A stretch of 64,000 bases of DNA, from positions 40,300,001 through 40,364,000 of the forward strand of contig NC_079170.1 of assembly GCF_947568905.1 (NCBI RefSeq), given 5' to 3'. A model generated the notes under the pieces. The model saw only the letters and a program-made list of their open reading frames with translations. It had not been told where the DNA came from and did no database searches. Positions 1-12,240 of the stretch are shown piece by piece. Source of the stretch: Ostrea edulis. Taxonomy: Eukaryota. The first letter of the stretch is position 1. Each line of letters starts with the position of its first letter. The translations under genes were made by a program, and so were the position numbers.

Positions 1-1863
1 TGGATTTCTGGTAGCATACATTTGTTGACGGAGATCAAGTACAGAGGACTTTGAATGGTCCTATCGTTCCAAACTTGAAATTTGCGTACATCGTCTACAT
101 TTACTTTAACCAATCTCTTAAATTCAATTCTCCTTTAACATTCAAATCAGATTGGGAACGAACTCAAGAGACCCATGAATCATTCCACTCACCTCAGCAC
201 TACCAATTTCCAAATGAAAAATCCAGACCCTTATTTTGAACTGCGGGTAATATAATTTATGCTTTCTGTAAACAAAGTTAATGCGTTTCGTACATATCAA
301 AATGCAACATTGGGGTTTTATCCAGCATTTAGATGTTACTACCCTCTGGTGTGTCCAGGGGTCCGTGTTTGCCCAACTATCTATTTTGTATTACTTGTAG
401 GAGTTATGAGATTGATCACTGTTCGTTATCTTCACCTTATATTGAAGGGAATTTTTGAGAATGCATTTATGAGCTTGCAGGGGATGGGGGTGGGGGACAA
501 CCACGGAATATAATATCCACATAATTTATATTACAGCCATATAAATTAAAAATGACTTAGAATATATAAAAAAATGATTTTTGTTGAAAATTTTCATACA
601 ATTTTGTAAATTGTTCAACTAAAGGGGATTGTTTATCTGTGGAAGGGAAAATATCCATTTGTTGCCTAAGGGGAAAGGTACCTTTTACCTGTAGTAAAAA
701 ACAACCTCGATAAATCGCTGATAAAAATGCAACATACACATCCTTTCAAACACATGGTCATCGAAATTAAACCCACTATTTATATCTAAGCACTTAAATT
801 CAATTTCTTCAATGACCAGAGATGCTGTTACATATATCTCCAACACGTGTTCACCTGACTGCCTTTTTTTTTGTATAGGTCAGCCTCCTGTATCAAATGT
901 CGCACAACAATAGGATGATAGATAAAGCCAAATTGATGTTTATCTACAGCAGGATTAGGAATAAGTTCACTTGTACTAATACTGCTGGGCTATATTCATG
1001 CACAGTGTATATTCAATCAATGCATATAAAACATCAAACATAAAGGGAACTGTTTGTGATATAAGTATCTAAAGTAAATTGAAATAAGGAAAAAAAATAC
1101 TGCAGAGTAACAAATTTAACAACATTTAAACTTTTTTATGTTGATGTCAGTTGAGAACTAAATAGGTAAAAATTTTCCAAAGTGTATGAAACGAAATAAT
1201 AAAACAAATTAACTATGAAATGTTCTGCAATATTTCCCGTCGATGGTGCAGAGTTCTAAGGGTATATTCCAAATTACCGGTTTTGATTTTAATGGAGATT
1301 GTTTAATCCCCTATAACTTCGCATGACACGGATAGAATTACACATAATACAACGTAGACCATTTTATAACAGGTTATGTAAACTTGTCTTTTATAACAAA
1401 TGACGCCTTATCAACCCTTGAGCATGTTTGTCCTCCGACATATCCTTCTAGAGACTGTTTTAGTTTCATCAACGAGGAAGACAACGGAAACACGAAGTCG
1501 TTATGGAACGAAATGAGTTTCACGGCTTTTCGTTTGGAAAATATTTTATTTGTAACGTTCAGAAACCAGGTTTCTTAAATGCACTCACAATATATTGATG
1601 TAAACCATTCTATTCAGCTTTCCGGAAGAAGATATCTGTGAAAGAGAAGGAGTGGAATCCTGGTAACCATGAAGTTTGACGATATCCTGGAGAGGGTGGG
1701 GGAGTTTGGGTTCTACCAGAAGCGGCTTTATAAAATAATGTGCATCTCGTCTACCACTGTGGGCTGTCTGATGATGATGTTTGTTTTCACCACGCACACA
1801 CCGTCGCACAGGTATCCGGTTTTGAATTTTATATACTATACGTACTTATGACTGTCTTTTAAA

Positions 1864-1924
<61 letters not shown>
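1864..1924. repeat. (TC)n microsatellite
   Basis: Direct reading; lies in SLC22 intron 1. Confidence 0.95.
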
Positions 1925-1927
<3 letters not shown>

Positions 1928-3439
1928 CATTCATCCACCACCTAACTACTTACCTATCTATCTATATTGTGAGACATTACAGAATCATAAATTGGTAATG
2001 TTTATTTCTTTACATTTTGAACTTTAACAATTTGATATATCATGATGGTTACAGACCTCGTTGCTTTTATTTTCAGATGTAAAATTCCTGGCTACGACAA
2101 TGATACACATCTTGAGCAAAATGAGAACCACAGACAGTTGATAAACTGGTCTATTCCACTTCCTGAGGATACACACTCGGTTCTGAAATATGACAGGTGT
2201 CACGTGATACAACGCGATGAATCCAATGTAACTCGACTTTTCAAATGCAGCGAATGGGTGTACGATAGGTCTGTGTTCGAAGAAACATTTACGTCTAAGG
2301 TTAGCACTGATGATAATCGTGTAATCCTGACGTTTTAATTCACTATAAGTATTCTAGGTACATGCTTTTTTTTTACCTTCATAATGAATGATATGTTTGG
2401 TAGCGGGTGTGTTATAATTAAAATGGATGTAAGAGACAACTTTAATATTTCATTTACAATTCACCTTACGTTTCTGAACCTTCATATTATGGACACAGGC
2501 TTATCATGAAGAGTCTTATGGTATGCATATAAACCACGAGAATTGTCTTGTCACAAACTGGAAAATAGGCATAAACACTATTTGGTATATGACTTAATAC
2601 ATGATCTAAGGAATTGTGCTAATTTTCATTAACTTTCTTTGAAACAATATCTTGTAAACTTGGGTAATTTTTTTTCCGGAGGAAATCCAAAGGCAATAGA
2701 GTCATGATTTGAGTCGAGGCTTGTAGATTTCCTTTTCTGAACGTTTATTATGTATTTTCAACTGAAAAGGAACATGCTAAATGCAAACTCTCTTGTAAGA
2801 TACTTACACATCCTGATGGATAACCGATAGCGTGCTCTTGTAAAATATGTGTGTTGTAGCCCGATCGGCTTGAAATTCAATCTTGACACACTGTTCATAT
2901 CTGAAGCTTTTTTGGCATAAACATACTTATCGTATGGCATCTAAATTTTGTGTGGTGTACGTAGATCAATGAAGGCCAAAACTAATACACGGAAAGTGAA
3001 AATAACGAACAGTGATCAATTTCATAAATCCAATAAATAATAAAACATTAAAATTAGGGCAAACACGGAGCCCTTGACGCATTCCTTGTTCAACGGTACA
3101 CTTGCCATGTGCCCTATATCTTGATCAGGTAAACGGAGTAATCCTTAATCAAAATCAGTTTGCAAAGAACGGTGTAATAATTGATATGAAACATGTCAGG
3201 CATCACTCATCCTCATGAGAGGTTGTATTTACAAATATAATCATTAGAACGACTATAAAAGTTTAAAATTGCTGATAAGAAGTTAAACTTAACTGTTGAA
3301 ATTCCTGTGAAATTAATCATTTGTCAGTAGCCTGCCTAGATTTATAAATTAATCATACTCAGCACATGCTTTTCCATATTGAATGGGTAGGGAAACAAAA
3401 CACCATATGCAGGTTATAATAGAACAATGTATCATAGAT

Positions 3440-4008
3440 ATGGACAGTTGATGGTGGAGATTATGAAGTCATCCCGTTTGCCATAAAGTTGAGTTATTGG
3501 TGTGTCGTTAACATCAATGGTCAATACAACATAAAAATATGAAACAAATATGGAAAAAAAGTTTTGGTATCTTTCCTTTCATTATTACAAGTTCACTGGG
3601 ATATACAGGATAAACATATATGCATGAAAGAAAATGGACATTATCAGTAGATAAAACGTCATCGATAAATTTTGCTGTTGAGTTGAAGGCCACAGCAAGA
3701 TGTTCTTCCTTTGCATGTAGAAGTTTTTGATTAAATTCTACCTTATCAGAATTGCTAATAAAGGAGCACAATTCGTGCCCATGAAGGTTCCAACATATTG
3801 TTGGAAGACTTGATCACCAAAGACAGCATATATTAGATATTGTCAACTTCAACATCTTTCTAATATCAACTTCATAGTACTTGTGCATGGAATCAGAGTG
3901 ATGGTCAACCCATTAATTTTTTGAATTACCCAGCACAATATGAGTATTTCCGTGCCCCATGGATTTTATCAAACTGTCCAGTTGTCTTCAAAATCTAAAA
4001 TGTTGTAC
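3440..4008 (-). mobile_element. Penelope-like retroelement reverse transcriptase fragment (decayed)
   Basis: Minus-strand translation includes FIDDVLS (RT YxDD region) and a CAPLL-type segment; one of many copies of this dispersed repeat in the window. Confidence 0.6.
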
Positions 4009-7000
4009 ACCTATGTTCTTAACAAGTTAATTTAGTTTGTGACGACGCTATGAAAACATCGCATGCACTGATGGTTTTCTATTTTGGAGTGTTGTCAGGA
4101 AATGTAGTGCTAGGATACCTGTCCGATATGTGCGTACCAATATCGCACTGATATTTTTGAATTAAATCTTTGAATCTGCGTTTTGTATTCCGGATATACT
4201 TAATTTGTGTATGCGTGTGTTTTCAGGGTCGGTAGCAAGAAGGTCCTAGTGATGTCGCCTTTTCTACAGGTTGTCTCAGCAACCAGCGTCGCCTTTGTGT
4301 CTGACTTTTACCTCTTTGTTGTCCTGAATTTCATCGTAGGAGTTGTGTGTCATGGAGTGTTCATGCCAGCCAGTGTATTAAGTAAGGGATAGTACATTAA
4401 CTTGTGCAATATAATACAAGCATGTTACCAAATTATTCGCAACAGTAGCAATTTTGAAATCTAGTTTTAGCTATCAAAGGCTATTGTTTATACTATCCGG
4501 AATTGGTAACTGATTGTCCTTGAATGGGAAAGTTCATATGTTATGCCAATTGATTCGAGGAGTTAATGTCGAAATAAATGATCTTTTTTGGGATAGCAAT
4601 TGTCGTTTTTTCCTTTGATGCTTTCCTGGTTTGCTATCAAAAGTTTTCAGAAGTACAGCTCAATGAGATGGTGAAACAATTTGATTGCTTTTGAGAGACG
4701 TTGAATTCACCGGACCATCTAAGAGGGTGATGACCGGTATTCCAATCCACATTTTTTTACTGTGGAATTGTTGTACCTGGTGGGAGTAGGTGCCTTGGTC
4801 CGTAATTGGCAGTATCTACAACTGGCCGTGGCTGTACCATGTGTAGTTTATGTCCTGTACTGGTGGTTAGTACAATGAATATATGGACATAGCTGTATAG
4901 GGGCTTAAAATTGCAAGAACATTTATAAGTGAATAGTAATCACTTGGATATATTTCATTAAGATTGTTTTAGGGTGATTCCAGAATCCCCCGCTGCCTGT
5001 TGACGCAGGGGCGATTAGAGGAGGCGGAAGAAATTGTACAAGGTATCGCCAAAGTAAACACAGTCAAAGTGAAAAGAAATCCCATTGTAGGAGAAAAAAA
5101 TTGATATCCCTAAAGGGGAAAAAAATTGGCATGTGTTTGGATACCGTGTGTTGTTCATAAGTGCCCTGATTTTATTCTTCAATTGGTAAGATATATTCTA
5201 CTTAATATACATGTAATTGAATTCAAACTGAATGTGAAAAGGTAAAGAAAACAAACAGTGATCAATCTCATAACTTGTATAAGGGATACAAAATAGAGTT
5301 TGGCAAACATGGACCCTTGGATGTACCAGAGTAGGGATCAGGTACCTAGGGGGAGTAAGCATCCCCTGTGTGATCCGATTGAATAATTTTGTGATGGTGT
5401 TAATGGTGTATTGTTCATATTTATATCTCACAACTGTAAACATGTCATATTGTTATCTCCAAAATCCAACTTCTGTTTGTGCCACACAACTTTGAAATTC
5501 ATGTATATACCAATAAAGAAACGTTATTACATAAAAAGTAAACATTACTTGTCTGTAGATATTTATTTTTGTTAGGATTGTAATAGCCATGGATTACTAC
5601 GGAGTGACTATGCATATTGGAAATCTAGGAGGAGACTTTTACCTGAATCAATTCATTCTAGCAATTGTAGAGTTTCCTGCCAAAATTTCTACCATGGTTT
5701 TACTAAACAGAATAGGACGTCAGAAGTTACACTTCTTGATTATGATCATAGGTGGCGCTGCATTATTGTGTACCATTATTCCTGTCCTTTATGGCAAAGA
5801 AGGCAATGCGTAGTAAAATAATTTGTCTTGCATAAATTCTGTTACTTCTATTCACTATCAATGTAATATTTCTGCTTTCGACGAGTTTTCATCTGTTCCG
5901 AATTTCCACAATTAATTATATTTATATCCTTGCTACAGAATTAAGCAGTCTGACATTAGTCCTGTCCATCATTGGTAAGATGGGGTCTGCAACGGCTTTT
6001 GGTGTCATCTACATATACACGGCAGAGTTATATCCTAGTGTGGTCCGGAACGGCGCCATGGAACTAGTTCCTGTGTCGCTCGCTTTGGCGGTATGGCTGC
6101 TCCATATATAGCATCAACGGTGTGTATACAGTGTACCTGAAGTAATATCTGCTTGCATAAAAATATGAATATAAAAGACGGTACATCGTATGGTAATAAA
6201 TAAAATGTCGATTGCTTTCGTGAGTGTGCAGTGTGTACTACGTTTCAATAAACTGCAGAAATATCTCAGTGTACCTAAATGTTGATATTGGCATTGTAGA
6301 TACATTGGACATATAATACATCACACCTAATATGGTATAAACATATTTTGAATTTTGGTATAAAAAATATTTAAGTTAAGGTGTAGGTACGTGGCCTCTT
6401 GTGTTAATATGCAGGCTTGCAAAAATATTACACCATTTTTTTGGTCGAAATAGATAAATGCTAGGAATTCGATATATTTAGATATAATGTTTATATTTAG
6501 ATGACTGTTAATATACTGAACATAAGATAATGTTTTGTTGGTGAAATGTATTTATAGAGTGACTATGTCAGCGGAAAGTTTGGCCAGGCGTTGCCGTTAG
6601 TGATTTTTGGCGGTTCTTCGGTCATGGCTGGGATTCTAAATTTATTCCTACTGGAAACTCTACACCGGAAGCTACCAGAAACAATCCAAGATGGAATCGA
6701 ATTCGGAAACTTAGTAAAACGTGTTTCGCTCAGTACAGTGAAATTAATCAGAATTCAAAATTTTGTAATTTTAATCAATTTATAACACTTTGTTAAACTG
6801 ATGTGTCCTCTCAATCTTTGTTACAAGAACATGATTGTGTGGGAAAGCTTAGACCTGTTTTGTTCATTGTATTGTTCATTATTTTCAATGTGGATGGTTT
6901 GATTGTGATATAACTCCATATAAATTTTTGTTGGATAGAAAGAAGCATGACATATCCACATTTGACGTCACACTGGAAACATCTAAACCGTCCGGGGTTG

Positions 7001-7489
7001 ATCACTCGTCTTATCAGTAAGTTCCACTGTTTTTCATTTCAAGACATATATGAAAGGGTGTTTAGTTACTGAAACTGAAGTAGTTCACATTACTGGTCTT
7101 AAAGACGTTTAAAGGAAATGATGTTGATTATAAACATGTATGTAGTGAAGTAATTGAGGAAATAGGTAAAGGTAATAAGATAGGGACTAACACATTCAAG
7201 TGGATAGAATTAATCTATCATGTACTTCCGCATTCTTTTAAACTTGTGATTTTTAATTGGTGCTGCATTTATAGTATGCTATACACTATCTAGGATATGC
7301 TTATGATGAGAATATCTCACATATTGAATTATCCACTGACTCTTCTAGTCAAGCACCTGTTATTACTGACGGCGTACAGTAATGTGCTTTAATTTGTAGT
7401 ACATTGAGTTTTTGTGATACATTTATTACAAACACGTATTCTCATATTGATATCTAAGTAGTGTATATGTTCATAGTCTATGAAAGATA

Positions 7490-7752
7490 TGATTGATTGT
7501 GTATTGTTTAACGTCCCTCTCGAAAATATTCCACTCGTATGGGGACGTCATCATTACCGACGAAGGGCTGCAACATTTAAGCCTATGCTCGGCGCTGACT
7601 TGCTTTGAACAGGGAGGGATCGTTATTGTGCCTCACCTGCTGTAACACGGACCTCGATTTTCGTGGTCTCATCAAAAGGACCGTCTTAGTTACTCTCCTT
7701 TTACGACAAGCAAGGGGGTATTGAAGACCAATATAACCCGGGTTTGCATGGG
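7490..7752 (-). mobile_element. tRNA-derived SINE fragment
   Basis: Reverse complement of the SINE body at 30528-30882; orthologous copy at about 23178-23438. Confidence 0.7.
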
Positions 7753-10700
7753 ATTTTCAAACGATATGTAGATACCTCAATAAATATATGGATTTTACAA
7801 CTTTTCAGAGGGTTTCTTTGGACAAGGTGGATATAATGACACTAAATTGCGCAAACAAGTGTTGGGGTGTACCAGCTCGTGGGTAAGCATTGTTACATGT
7901 AGGTAAGGGTAAAGGCGCATATACATGTTTTCAAAGAAATTATGATTTATTGTCATTCGAAGCAAGTCCATGGGTATATGTTTTGTTTTTGTGGTGATTG
8001 TCCAAAAGTACACATGTAAAACTAATCTTTGTCATTTTAGAAATCAATACGATAGTTTACCTTTTGTGATCAATGGATGGTTTTGTTTTTCTTTCAGAGT
8101 GGCTGAATTATGACGAGGTAGACAATAGTTATTGTGCATCATATGTGTCCACAGATTAGTACAGTTTATTGATGTCATCAGGGTACACATAAATTAAACT
8201 AATAGTATAACAATAATCACTTTGAGTTTATGTTCTTAAAATCGAAATATGACACAACGAACATAAAACATAGCCAGCACAAATTCTCAACTTTTTCGAA
8301 GCATTTTGAAGTGTAACGATATAAAATTTATCATGTGTCCCTTAATGACCAAGTACAAATCAAGTCCGGCTTTTGTCATGATGCATTAAATAATTACAGT
8401 GAATGAATGGTTAAAGCTTCGTGACCGAAAGATCTTTTGTTCGAGCCTTGTTCATGCCTTAGGTGTGCCAAAGATAAGGAGTAAAATTAGATTTTTCTGC
8501 TCCTTCGATAAACAATTATCATTAAAAAATGAGAAGTGAAAGGTGTTTTACATTGGCAAAAAGGAACCTTTAGTGCTACGACCCTGGGTGTCTTTGATAT
8601 GTCATTGTGATATATGATTCAAGTGCCTGTTACGTGTTAGGTACTGACGATAAAATGTCAAATGACCAGCACTGCCAAGTAAACTCAACCAATTAAATAT
8701 AATTTATAGACTGGCATGCTAGAGATGGGGAAATCTGAATCTTATATAAATGATCTTTTTCTTTCCGAATATGATGGCCCTTAACCTTTGATAGAGTGTG
8801 CGCGAGTAGAAAATGATCGATATGAGAGGACCAGGAAGGGAAGAAGCCACAAATTGAATTGCGTCAGTGTACTTTGCACATTAATCTACTTGATGATGAG
8901 CACTATCGGATATATTTCCCTGTTAATTATTGTTATTGTGCTAGATACATACAGCTGACATAATAATATGTGCGTATTACATACATTTGAATTTTCCAGT
9001 ACGTGTTTCTCTTGCTTTATGTAAAACAAATCGCATTGATTGTAATATGTTTTATACATATACCAATTTATTCAAGAATTCTGTATTCTGATTCTCCTTA
9101 AATATTTGAACATGTTAGCGTTTTCAATAAATATCACTGTGGAATCGAGAACACTACACTGTATAAATATCACTGTATAATATACAATTCATCGACGTTT
9201 TCTGATTGATTCACAATAGTTAGTGAAACAAGCAATCTCTCAAAACATTCGCTTTTCATGGTGACTTCATTAACCACCAAGTTCTAGACACCAAGCTACG
9301 TGTCTTATTTGTCACAAAGAGTTTCTCATTTTCGGAAGAGTAGTTTCTCGCAAGGTTTGGTTTTCGTTGATTTGTTCATAAACAGGTAATTCTTTCTGAA
9401 AAGAACATTATCCATCATGACATCGCTTGTATTGCATGTATAGTTATCACAATGATGTACTGAGCAACTACAAAAATGTTTGCTACGACGAACAGGAAAC
9501 CTCCGATTTCAACAATTACGACTATTAACGTGTTTTTGACAGATTTCTCGTTGTTTTGATGACGCCGACTTTCACCATGCCAAGTGTTTTACGAACAATT
9601 AAAACGAAGGAAGAGATGGGTGCCTATAAAATGAAAAGCGATATAAAACTTAAAGGTATCTATTAATAGCAAACCCCTAAAGCCAACCATTGAATTGTCC
9701 TCATCTTTATGATTATTTATTTCAATATTTGTACTGTATCAATCCTAAAATGAAAAAGTGAAGATCACGGACAGTGATCAAGCTCATAACTCCTAAATTA
9801 TTGATATTGTAGAATTACATATTGCAATATTAGAGAACAACGATCGTTATCATTTACTTAATCCGCCAGCTTATTCTACAAAATGAACGCAACTCTAGAC
9901 TCAATAGATCTGTTATCTTTACCAAGTGCGAGTCAAGAAGAAAGCACCCCAAAAAAAACAATCAAACAACAATACTCAACATCCAAAGTGAAAAATATAT
10001 AATGGTAGATACGAAGTCAAATGAATAAGGTTATACAAAACACTAAAGTGACCAAGGACAAACAGAGTGAATTTGTCAAATTGTTGGAACGACCTGTCCC
10101 TTTCTCAGGACGACAGAATATTTACATAGAAAGGAAAACTAAATAGAAAAGTTAACTAACACTAAAATTAACCTACAAAAACTTATAACAAATAAAACGT
10201 CTACATAGTGAAACTATCGAATTTAATGTGAGAAAGGCCTGTTCTGATCGAACCTTACGACAGATCGTCCCGAGAATCTTACTTATATTTAAATGAGGGG
10301 GCAGATGCGGGCCTGTGATTTTGCATTATTTACAAAAACGTTTCGTAGACATGCATGTTTGTGTAAAACATGAAACTCCAGGTTTGATATATCAATGAAA
10401 TTTCAAGATTTACAAGTAATTGTATGTACATGTATACATATTTGTAGTTCAAACTATGATATTTTTACATAAATGGGGATAAACGTGCAAGATTACGTGT
10501 TTACAAATGTGGTATACATATGTATTTACAATTACATGCACATGTAGGGGCTGCGCTTTGGGACCTATGAAATGCATACATGCACACAATATAATAATCT
10601 ACTATATCGTGTGCTTAAAGTTATAGATGCTGTTAAAATAGCATTGTGAAATAATATGAAATATGAACTGGATAAAATTTTAATCCATGACATTTTCCAC

Positions 10701-11099
10701 TTACCGAAGGAAAATAATCAAGTTGAATGCATCCACCAAGTTCCTCTTCTAAGACAAAAATATGTTTAGAGTCCCAGTGCCCACATAAACAGTATCTAAA
10801 CTCGCAACACTAGGACATTATGATGCATGAACGACTTTGTTTACGCGAGGTGTTAGCGCAATTATGCATGGTGGTTTAATACATGAAGTTTGGTAAAAGG
10901 TACCACACGGACGAAACATTTGATCTTCCATTATCAAATATCGACGTATTATATTGTTATTTAACACTATGGCTATTTTTTCTCTATCTTCCCGTGATGC
11001 CACCCTTCTCAGTCGTGAAGTCAGTCACAGCCACATCAAAACAGTTCTGAAATTCTTTTTGATTTTCAACTACTCTACGGCGGTGTAAGGAATTCCAGA

Positions 11100-12240
11100 A
11101 AAAATAAATACACAATTTTACTAATCACGTGGCTGCTATCCGTCAATACCTTAAAGTACTAAGAAACACATTTCTTATTCATTAACGACAATGGCCATGC
11201 ATCTTATTCATGTTGTATATGTAATTGAGAATGTCAAGGTTTAAAACTCTACCATTTTGGTCTGCTAGACATTGTCCAGTGATATAGTGACAATCCCGGC
11301 AGTCCTGTGGACATACTGATTGACATCGTCTTCCAAACACGCCGCGAGGACAGTGTTCAGAACAGTTGAGTCCTGAGAATCCTGGATCACACTCTAAAAG
11401 ACGATGATTCAGAAAAGGAATTTTTTTAAAAAAAATACTTCAACGATTTCGAAATACCCAAAATAAGACAAGAAAGTTTTCATAATATATACGCGATCCA
11501 CTTTACACACGATACATGTGTTATAAATATAACCTGCGAACACATTCCTTTTCCTAATCAACCCAAGCTTTAAATCAATTAGAAACAAATTTCATACTCA
11601 CTAGCTACAATGATATTCTGTCTTGTTTATATTGTATATGTAATTGAGAATGTTAAAGTTTAGAACTCTCACCATTTTGATCTGTTAGGCATTGCCCAGT
11701 AATATGATGACAATCGTGACACTCCTGTGGACATGCTGATTGACATCGTATTCCAAAAATACCACGAGGACAGCGATCAGAACAGTTAGGTCCTGTGAAT
11801 CCTGGATCACAGTCTAAAAGACGATGATTCAGAAAAGGATCTTTTTTTTAAAAAGACTTCAAATATTTCGAAATAACCAACATAAGGCATAACAGTTTTC
11901 ATAGTATATACGCGATCCACTTTACACACGGTACATGTGTCATAGATACATGCATAACCTACGAACACATTCCTTTTTCTAATCATCCCAACATTTAAAT
12001 CAACAAAAAACAAATTTCATACTCACTAACGACATTGATCACCTATCTTATTCATGTTGTATATGTAATGCAGGTTGTCAAAGTTTACAAACCTACCATT
12101 TTGTTCTGTTAGACATTCTCCAGTAATATGGTGACAATCCTCGCACTCCTGTGGACATGCTGATTGACATTCGCTCCCGAAGACGGCGTGAGGACAGTGT
12201 TCAGAACAGTTGAGTCCTCTAAATCCTGGATTACACACTA
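11100..12240. repeat. Tandem array of about 420-bp exon+intron units (3 copies)
   Basis: EGF exons spaced 420 and 424 bp apart with conserved intron sequence. Confidence 0.85.

Larger units (their letters stand above)
1669..8113 (+). pseudogene. SLC22/Orct-like organic cation transporter (MFS), multi-exon, copy 1, disrupted
   Basis: Exons at about 1669-1811, 2077-2299, 4027-4129, 4227-4381, 4698-4864, 4973-5186, 5576-5802, 5939-6119 and 6558-6708, with a tentative last exon at 8098-8113. They give SLC22 signatures ([57 protein letters not shown]). There are 1-nt deletions in exon 3 (TT AAT), the T7 run at 4752, the C5 run at 4987 and ATGGAACT near 6058, and a donor GT>CT near 6709. Confidence 0.8.
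5090..12240 (+). repeat. Segmental duplication, copy 1 (paired with about 20749-28940)
   Basis: Long colinear near-identity of exons, introns and intergenic DNA, e.g. 5576-5802 vs 21250-21476, 8300-8760 vs 24000-24830 and 10100-10900 vs 26600-27480. Boundaries are approximate. Confidence 0.9.

Noticed and set aside
4027-5000. SLC22 frameshifts as pure homopolymer sequencing errors
   Set aside because: Not fully excluded, but the lost splice donor, the PET>LET change, a frameshift shared by both copies and the absence of such indels in the 20-kb Polinton favour true decay.
11100-12240. Regular tandem repeats as a possible CRISPR or satellite array
   Set aside because: The units are about 420 bp, each containing a spliceable EGF exon; there is no repeat-spacer structure and the context is eukaryotic.
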